Positions 56,033 to 64,000 of a stretch of 64,000 nt of DNA are shown one piece after another. Made by a program: the position numbers and the translations under genes. The first letter of the stretch is position 1; every line of letters begins with the position of its first letter. Under the pieces are notes generated by a model. The model was not told where the DNA came from. It worked only from the letters and a program-made list of their open reading frames with translations, and did not search any database. The DNA is from Octopus vulgaris (lineage: Eukaryota): NCBI GenBank assembly GCA_951406725.2, contig OX597815.1:90892001-90956000 (forward strand), written 5' to 3'.

Positions 56033-57800
56033 CATTCAGTCATATTCCTGCTATCTGCGAATTCTTTAATGACATATTTTTACAGCTTTCATTTTAAAGG
56101 ACTGGTTGTTGTTTTCTAGCATTGTTACATTCTGTTTTTAAGTGCTTTTGAAATATTGTTTTGAAATATCCTTTCTATGGTACAAATATACCTAAAGAAA
56201 TTTGTGCCACGGATCGTGTTTAAAGATTTAATACCCTTGCCTCATATTTGATGCTTCAACGTTTTAGAACACATTCAGTAGTTCATATGGCACTGTTCTT
56301 ACTTGATTAATCGGCCGACAGGGATGTTTTGTGATATCATTTAAAGTTTCATTGATGTTGGCGTACTAACCATACGGGCGAGCGTATTGTATATAATGTT
56401 GCGGCTTCCATTTATGATGGCTTTTATAAGGATACTCTTAATTTAACTTTTCAATCCTATGTCTTGAATGATATCGTTATTGTAAGATCTCTGACGAAGA
56501 GATACGTAGTAAGAGACAGATTCCAAATTCTTCAACATAATTTAATAACATTTTAAGAACTATTGTAGATGATACGAACACGTATTTATGTAAGCTTTTC
56601 GTAAGACTTCTTAAATCATTTGAGCTAGTGTATAAATTTAATATGAATTCATAAATAAATTAAATTTAATAGGAATTCAGAAGTAAATTAATTTTTATGG
56701 TAATTTTAAGCCGAAAGATTTAAATATTTGTAGTATGTCTTACTTTAGGTCATCAAAAGTATACGCGTTTGCGCTTTTAAAAATAGCTAAAACTTTCCCA
56801 TACAGATAGAAAATATCAGAGAGGAATTTTTCTATTTAATGTCAAAATATATAATCAGCTAATATATATGATACGTATTATTTGACGTTTCGGATGATAG
56901 CCATTCAACAGAAGAAAATATGCAAGTAACTAAAGGACGGGGGAGAATAAGAAAGAGGTTGGTGGAAAAAGATGACTGAGTGTTGTAGGGACTAATGAGA
57001 CTCTAATTTTGTGAGAAAGTCAAAGAGAGATTAGGGGTGGGAGTGCTTAGGTGTATACGTGTATTAAGCTGAATATAGGGATGATATGTGTATATAGGTT
57101 TTTGGAGGTGTGTGATTGTTCAGATAAATCTTAAATTTTATATTAGATAAGATGTAGATATGTTCGGTCAATATTGGCCCCGGGCCATCTGTAATTCAAT
57201 AACCTGATACAATATGTTGAGTTATTTAAAAGTTGCCTAGTCATATTATTGCAAATTGAAATAGGGAATGGCTGTTTACTGAGATATACCCAGGTGTAGC
57301 TAGTTTGTCTGGAATCTTTTTGTTCAGATATTATTTGAAGGTAAGAGGATCGGATCTTTCTCTGCTTTGTTTTGGGATTATATTAAAAAGAGAAGGGTAT
57401 TTTTGTACTTTTTGCATTTTACTTGTTTCAGGCGTTAGACTGCGGCCATGCTGTGGCACCATCTTGCTGAATATTAAACAATTGCGTTGTAATATTGTAA
57501 TGTGCCGTGATCCTGAATTACGAAATGGAGGTGTATAATATGGGAGAATTCTGAATTTGATATTAAGGTAATTAGGACAATTTGTATACATTGTGTAAAT
57601 GATATAGCATTCCGTCGACGTTGGGGAGAATAGAGCTTTGATGTTTTAAGGTGGTCATAGTAATTTAAGATCAGTTATGTCATTTATTACTTTTTGCGAT
57701 TGCTCCCTGAGGTTTCACAATATTGTTTTCTTTTTATTTTTTCATACGGAGAGACCATGGGGAGTATCTATTAAAAGGTCACAATTCAAGTAGAATGTAA
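56033..57800 (-). mobile_element. Further decayed Penelope-like sequence with a hammerhead-like motif at 56884-56911
   Basis: NCPNYLNIKFRILPYY (~57560) resembles the PLE endonuclease tail. The minus strand has CTGTTGA-ATGGCTATCATCC-GAAACGTC, and 56033-56140 resembles 4740-4830. Confidence 0.45.
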
Positions 57801-58890
57801 ACATTTTAATACGATAATTTCTTCAGTAAGATATGGCTATGTCTGTCTTAATGTGTAACAACTAAGACTTCGAAAATGCATTAGTTCTATCTTCAGAGTG
57901 AGCAGTACGTGTATCATTCACAAGATATTTAGGTCACATCATTAAGTATTGAAATTTAGCATTGGAATGAGGATACTGAACCACATAAATATTAGCATTT
58001 ACTACCAAGTTCCCATAATATTTGTGTATCTTGTTTATTTTCCCGCATTGTTGAACGTAATAAACGAAAATGGATTATTTAAACACCGTGTATAGTTGTG
58101 CAGGTGTGACTATGGGGTAAACCTAATTACCAGTAACATTTCTGGAGTTATATCAAAATATAACCCATAAAGCGTGTAACTATAGTGCTTATGTTAAAAA
58201 TCTATATTGCTTTACAACATTGCCTTGAGTCAAAGGTGAAGCTAGTCACTATTTCCTGCTCAAATCCTGCTGAGGGAGACAAAACATCAAGTACAAGGAT
58301 CGATTAAATAAACTCTATCCTTTCCCAAAAATGTATATCCTTCTGCTAATGATGAGAAAAATCAATAGTAGGTATAATATACAATTCCACTATAATTTTC
58401 ATAAGAAAGGTTTATAATGGATTAAATCGATCTTCTGATACTATCGATCCCCTTCAGTAGAATTTCAGCTCATGTGTAACAGCCAAACACACTGAATCTT
58501 TGGGGTTAAAAACGAAAAGGGAAATAGCACATTTTTAACTCTTCATGTTTCATCGTGCATGTATAATAATGTTTTCAAATCATAAATTGATCAAATATTG
58601 TAAAATTAAACTAACCAAATCGATGTATTAACTATTTTAACGTATTACTACTAACTATATTCAAAATAAGATAATACAATTTAGTTGATGAACATTAAAA
58701 ATTTAATGATTTTATTTATATAGCTAATCAACTACTGTAAAAAAATAGCGATCAATAAAAAAGTCCTGTCCAATCTTTAAGTTTATATAATCGATTTTCT
58801 CCTGATAAAAAAAAACAATAAGACTGATCGTCCGTTGACAGATATATCTGAGCAACCGATTCTGTTTATCTACACTGTTGTGTGGGATAA

Positions 58891-59785
58891 GCAAACAGCA
58901 ATAGGTTCAAGGCCAATATTTTTGAGGCGAGGGCGTTAGTCTAAACCATCTACGCCACCTCGATATTTTGCGGGTACTTTATTTTTATCGACCTCAAAAG
59001 GATTGAAAGCAAAGTTGTCATTGAGATCTGAAAGCAGGATGTAAAGACCCAGAGCAAATAATACGAGACCACTTTGTATGACGCTCTGACGATTGTGCGA
59101 GCTCACTCACCTTCTTGAGGCAAACAGTAATAATTGTCGGTAATGTCGAAACAAGGTCAATAATTTTCGAGGGGAAAGAATTAGTCGCTACCATCCATCT
59201 CAGCACTTTACATATTCTTTCTTTTTTATCGACTCCTGCAAGGATGAAAAGCCAAGTTGACCCTGATGGAATTTGAACTCTGAATTTGAGGACTCGGAAG
59301 AAATACCGCTAAGCATTTTTGCCCGCCGCCCTGAACGATTGTGCCGGTCCCCTGCCTTTTAAAGCAAGTAGTAATATTGGTTTCGATTTTGGGCTCAAGG
59401 CCGGCAATTTAGTCGGAGTGGATAAGTCGATTACGTCGATCCTAGTGTTCAATTGTTACTTATTTTATCAGTCCTGAATGGATAAAAGACAAAGTCGATA
59501 TCGGCGACATTTGAACTCAGAAATTAAAATCGAAAGAAATGCAGCTAAGGAGGGTAGTAATATTAAATATTTGTAAGGCGGCGAACTGACAATTGTTAGC
59601 ACGCCGGACAAAATACTTAGCGACATTTCATCCGTTTTTACGTTCAGAGTTCAAACTCTGCCGTGGTCGACTTTGCCTTTCATCCTTTCAGGGTCGATAA
59701 AATGAATACCAGATGTAATCGACTAACTCCCAGTCCCGAAATTCCTGGCATTGTGCCAAAATTTGAAACTAATATTAAATATTTG
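58891..59785. mobile_element. Cluster of four family C SINEs (three minus, one plus)
   Basis: Copies at ~58904-59115, 59140-59360, 59379-59550 (minus) and 59576-59769 (plus, TSD TAATATTAAATATTTG at 59558-73 and 59770-85). Confidence 0.8.
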
Positions 59786-60682
59786 CATGTGATAAAACAC
59801 TTACATGTGTGTGTGCGTGTGTGTGGAACACATATATAATATACGAATTCTGAATGCATAGAACTATTATAAACCTTATTTTACATACTTCCAGTAATAA
59901 ATAGGAACCAAATCAAGACTGCAACTTGCAATATCTCTACCCGTTTTACACTGCTCATAACAGAATCGTGTTACTAAGACGAATCTTTGTTGACTAGGAA
60001 TATAATGCAATTAATCAATCAACGCAGTATATATATGATTTGATGATTCTTTAATTTACCCCCAAATTACAACGGCCTAGGTGAATGCTGAAGCGGGTAA
60101 ATCGAAGTAATCGAAGTAGCAAACAAAACGCTCTAATACTTGTGCAGGATGCCCTATTGACCTTATTCACGTTCATATTGATTTCTTACATTAAACACAC
60201 GGTAGCAAATACGTAAGGCGTGGTATAATCGATCGTATCAACCAATAAGCAAAATTGATATGTATTTTATCGACCCAGCTTAGATTAATGGATTTGAACT
60301 TAATAGTAGAAACTTGAAAATAAAACCATAAAGCATTTAATCCAGTTTCTACCGTTGTGAACGTTTAATTGACTTTAGGTCATAGGAAGGTGGTTTAACT
60401 GAAGTGGTAGATCGTTTGTCCTTTTGCATTATTTACTTTAATGGTTCTGCTTTTTAGAGAATAAAGAATAGAGAGACAAAAGGAATAGTAGAGAGCATTC
60501 CAGATAGATAATATTGTTTCTAACAAAACCACATGACCTGAAATATTGGGGAATGTGTATCAAAGTTTGTCAGTTATTAATAGAGGTTTTTAAATAATTA
60601 TTTCTATCTTCAGGTATGAAGGTTATACATCTATGCAATGAAGACGAGTACTGGAATAAATATATAGGTGTATATAATACTG

Positions 60683-60897
60683 ATTTCTAGTTTTGCCACA
60701 AGGCCAGCAACTTGCGGAAAGGAGTGTAAGTTGATTACATCGACCTCAGTCCTCAACTGATACTTGTCTTACCTACCATGAAAGGATGAAAGGCAAAATC
60801 AACCTCGGCGGAATTTGGACTCTGAACGTAAAGTCGGACGAAATACCGCTAAGTATTTTGCCCGGCGTGATAATGATTCTACCAGTTAATCACCGTA
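60683..60897 (-). mobile_element. SINE family C
   Basis: gattacatcgacc..gaaaggatgaaaggcaaa..cctcggcggaatttg..gaaataccgctaag is the reverse complement of family C. Confidence 0.8.
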
Positions 60898-60901
60898 AAC
60901 A

Positions 60902-61251
60902 TTATTACCTCAGTTTGTTTGTTTGTTTCTTTGCTTGTTTGCCCATGGACGAGATATCTCAAGAACCACAGGATGGATTCGGATGAAACTTTCAGGGATG
61001 TTTGGCCTCGGCACTAGCACGAACGGATTAGATTTTGGAATCGATCTGGTACCGGACAAGGATTCTGGCTTATTTTTCCAGTTTTGTTTACTTAATATTT
61101 GAGAGCGGTCGGGTTCATTTTTAGCATTCTCGTTTGTGAGAGCAGTCAAGTTTATTTCAGATATTCTCATTTTAAAAATCATCTTCGGTTAATCGTTGAA
61201 TGGACGTTGGTGTTTCCTTGGCGGAGGTTTGCGCTCTCTGAGTGCTCTTGT
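60902..61251 (+). mobile_element. Helentron-type non-autonomous element (HINE/DINE-like)
   Basis: 5' ttattacctc then (GTTT)n, gatatctcaagaacc..ggattcggatgaaactt core, 3' subTIR CCTTGGCGGAGGT (61216-28) and terminal hairpin GCGCTC-TCT-GAGTGC. Confidence 0.7.
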
Positions 61252-61384
61252 ATTACTATTGATATCAGATAGGGTTGCACTACTTGATAAGTGCAATATT
61301 TTATCGAACCCAAGAGGAAAAGTAAAGTTAACCCTGGCGGGATTTGAACTCAGAACTTAAATATACCAGAATACAACAAAACAT

Positions 61385-63300
61385 TTACAGCCTTCACTAG
61401 ATTCGGGCTATCTAGCTTTGACTTCATTAGCTTCCCCACCCTTCTGATGTACTCCTTCTCAGTTTTCGTTTTCATTTCAGTATATAGTACTCTGTCAGAT
61501 TCTAATACTCCTAGATACTTATAACTCTCTCCTCATTTCAATGATTTTAATGTTTTAATCTGGTAAATGGATGCTTTCGCTGTTGACTACCTGTCCCCTT
61601 CTCTTGGCTAATATTGAACACTTATTTGTACCAAATTCCATGCCTATATCCATGCTTAAGAGTCTTACAGTCTGCATTAAGGAATCTATCTCTTTTTCAT
61701 TCTTACTAAAAGGCTTCAGATCATCTAAATAGAACAAAAGGTTTATATTTCCTTTACTATTTCTGAACTGATACTCTACCTTTGCCTTCCTTAATAATAA
61801 ATTGTGGAGGTATCAACCATAAGACAAATATTAAAGGGGCCAACGAGTCCCCCAGGAAAATTCCTCTTTTGATATTAACTTGCCCTAAGAGTGTGTCACC
61901 TGAGTAAAGATCTACTTTCCATTTCTTCATGCTAAAGCTAATTAATTCTCTTACGTTGTCTACTACACTGAGTATACTCAAACATTCACTTATTCATGAA
62001 TGTGGGATTATGTCATAGGCTTTCCTATAATTTATCCATGTTATTGTTAGAGTTTTCTTTCTAGCTTTTACTTCATTTAGAACTGCTTTGTCTATATAGC
62101 GTCCTTCTAGCCTTCTTCCTGCAACCTTTCTGTTCTTCTGATAGTAAACTCTGGCTGTCAACGTGCTTCTAAATGTTTTGTGAAAGCATTCCAGTTAACA
62201 GCTTCCACACTGACGGTAAGCAAGTGATTAGTCGCTAGTTGCTAACTGTATTACGTATGCTCTTATCTTTATAATGAGTATTGCCCTCCCTCTAGTCATC
62301 CAAACGGTATTATTCCTCCATTAAAGCAATCCTGAAATTGTTTCCTCAGCCTCTCATGTTAACTACCGAATTTCTTTAGCCAGTATCCTTGAACTAAATC
62401 TGGTCCTGGGCCCTTCCAATTCGACATTTTTTCTAACCCTTTACTCACTAATGCACTAGTTAATCTTAGATCTGGCTGCTTCTCATTCACTAATTCTTCC
62501 CTCACTTTATCCATACTGCATCTCCATTATGATTGGTTTATCCCAAATACTACTCCAGAACTTTCTAGCTTCTTCTGCATTAGGTTTCCCATCTTCAGTA
62601 CTTCGTCCTCCACTATATATTCGGTTATAAAATCTCCTCTGGTCTGTCTCACTTGATTTATTCTGTTGATACTGATCTATTATTTTCTGATATCTGGAGA
62701 GTTTTCCTGCAACTGCTATGATAGGCTGTTTCAACTCTTCTATTATTGTCCCAAATCCTTTCTCTTTGACTATCTTTCCTCGAGGCAAGATTTGCATCTT
62801 TTGTTCCCTAACTTGATTGTTTTCCAGTCTTCTATTCTACTCAGAACTTTTCTCAAAGTCTTCACTTGATTTTGTAGTCTCCTTACTTCTTTACTCATTA
62901 CTTCCTGCAACTCATCTAAAACCTTCTGATCTACCTCATTTAAATCACTTAAGTCGTTATTGCCAGTTGCCCCCTCTATATTGGTAGCGCTATAATAACT
63001 TTTTTCCTTTAGGTTCTTCTTTGGTTTGAGCTATATCTCTTATGTTGTTGTCGGCCTTTCCCACTGACAGTTCTTTTGTGATCTCTTCCCCTTCCAACTC
63101 TGTCATTCACTTTCTTCTCCTAATAGCATTAGCTTGATTAACTAATCTCTGCTCAATCACCTTAAACATACCCTTTTCTACCCAAATTGTTAACATCCGT
63201 TTTCTACAGCCCCCTACTTGTAGGCTCACTTTCTAAGTAGCACTGTATCCCTATCCTGTTTTCTTCGCTAGTCTGCTTCATCCTCCTTGTTCTATTATCT
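61385..63300 (-). mobile_element. Second decayed R4/Dong-like LINE (N-terminal and RT region)
   Basis: Minus strand reads NWKGPGPDLVQGYWLKKF, WINYRKAYDIIPH, VNIKRGIFLGDSLAPLIF and FYLDDLK..DIGMEFGTNKC. It lies next to (TAA)-type repeats at 63312-63368. Confidence 0.87.
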
Positions 63301-63369
63301 GCTGAAGCTATATTATCATTATCGTTGTTATTATTATTATTATCATTATTATTATAATTACTATTATTT

Positions 63370-63737
63370 AGGCGGTGGGCTGGCAGAATCGTTAGCAATC
63401 CGGGTAAAATGCTTCGCGGCATTTCTTCCAGCTATACGGTCTAAGTTCAAATTCTACCGAGGTCGACTTTGCCTTTCATCCTTCCGGGAGTCGATAAAAT
63501 AAGTACCAGTTGAACACTGGGGTCGATGTAATCGACTCATACCCACCTCCTCCAAGCTGCCTTGGGGAACATGCTTATCGATATTTCGTCCGTCTTCACG
63601 TTCTTAGTTCAAACTCCGGTGAGTTCGGCTTTGCCTTTCATCCTGTTTTCGGTTCGATAAAATAAGTTGCAGTTGTGTACTTAGTCCATGTACTCGAGAG
63701 TCCCACCTCAAAGTTTAGGCGCTGTGCCTATAGTAGA

Positions 63738-63740
<3 letters not shown>
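63370..63740 (+). mobile_element. Two tandem family C SINEs
   Basis: ggcggtgggctggcagaatcgttagc..gactttgcctttcatcc..gataaaataagt occurs twice. Confidence 0.78.
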
Positions 63741-63816
<76 letters not shown>

Positions 63817-64000
63817 GAGTGAGAGAGCAGTGCCTGCCATCAAAGGGTAAAATATACGAAGCCCAGTATACCCATCCTGACTACCCATCTGATATGGGTA
63901 TACCAGGCACATGCATCACAACCATATGTGCGCGACAAGATAAAGTGCGCATGACCTTGCAGGTGGGGCCCAGTTAGAATTTTCTTCTGGTCGAGTAGCC
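63741..64000 (-). mobile_element. 3' end of a retroposon with a perfect (TAA)25 tail, truncated by window end
   Basis: (TAT)n at 63741-63816 directly abuts GC-richer unique-looking sequence gagtgagagagcagtgc..; there is no ORF. Confidence 0.5.

Overview
AT-rich, microsatellite-saturated eukaryotic non-coding DNA. The SINE and (TA)n landscape resembles an octopus/cephalopod genome, but that is inference from repeat appearance and is not verified. I found no convincing host protein-coding exon, and almost all short ORFs in the track are microsatellite artefacts. The window is a transposon graveyard. It holds one full-length Tc1 element with an open DD34E transposase (32565-33841) and decayed Penelope-like (PLE), CR1, CRE-like, R4/Dong-like (x2), RTE-like, Gypsy-like, piggyBac-like and Chapaev3-like remnants. 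It also holds a mariner deletion derivative, two long-TIR foldback MITEs, a Helentron-type HINE, at least four tRNA-derived SINE families and a 2.3-kb tandem duplication with a 4-bp microhomology junction. The most interesting signal is a set of minimal type-I hammerhead-ribozyme motifs associated with PLE ends and short non-coding repeats. Two of them carry compensatory changes of the catalytic 3-8 base pair: U3:A8 at 7969-8016 and G3:C8 at 49527-49576. Others share a recurrent CUGUUGA or CCGACGA core. All calls were made by eye, and the boundaries of decayed elements are approximate.
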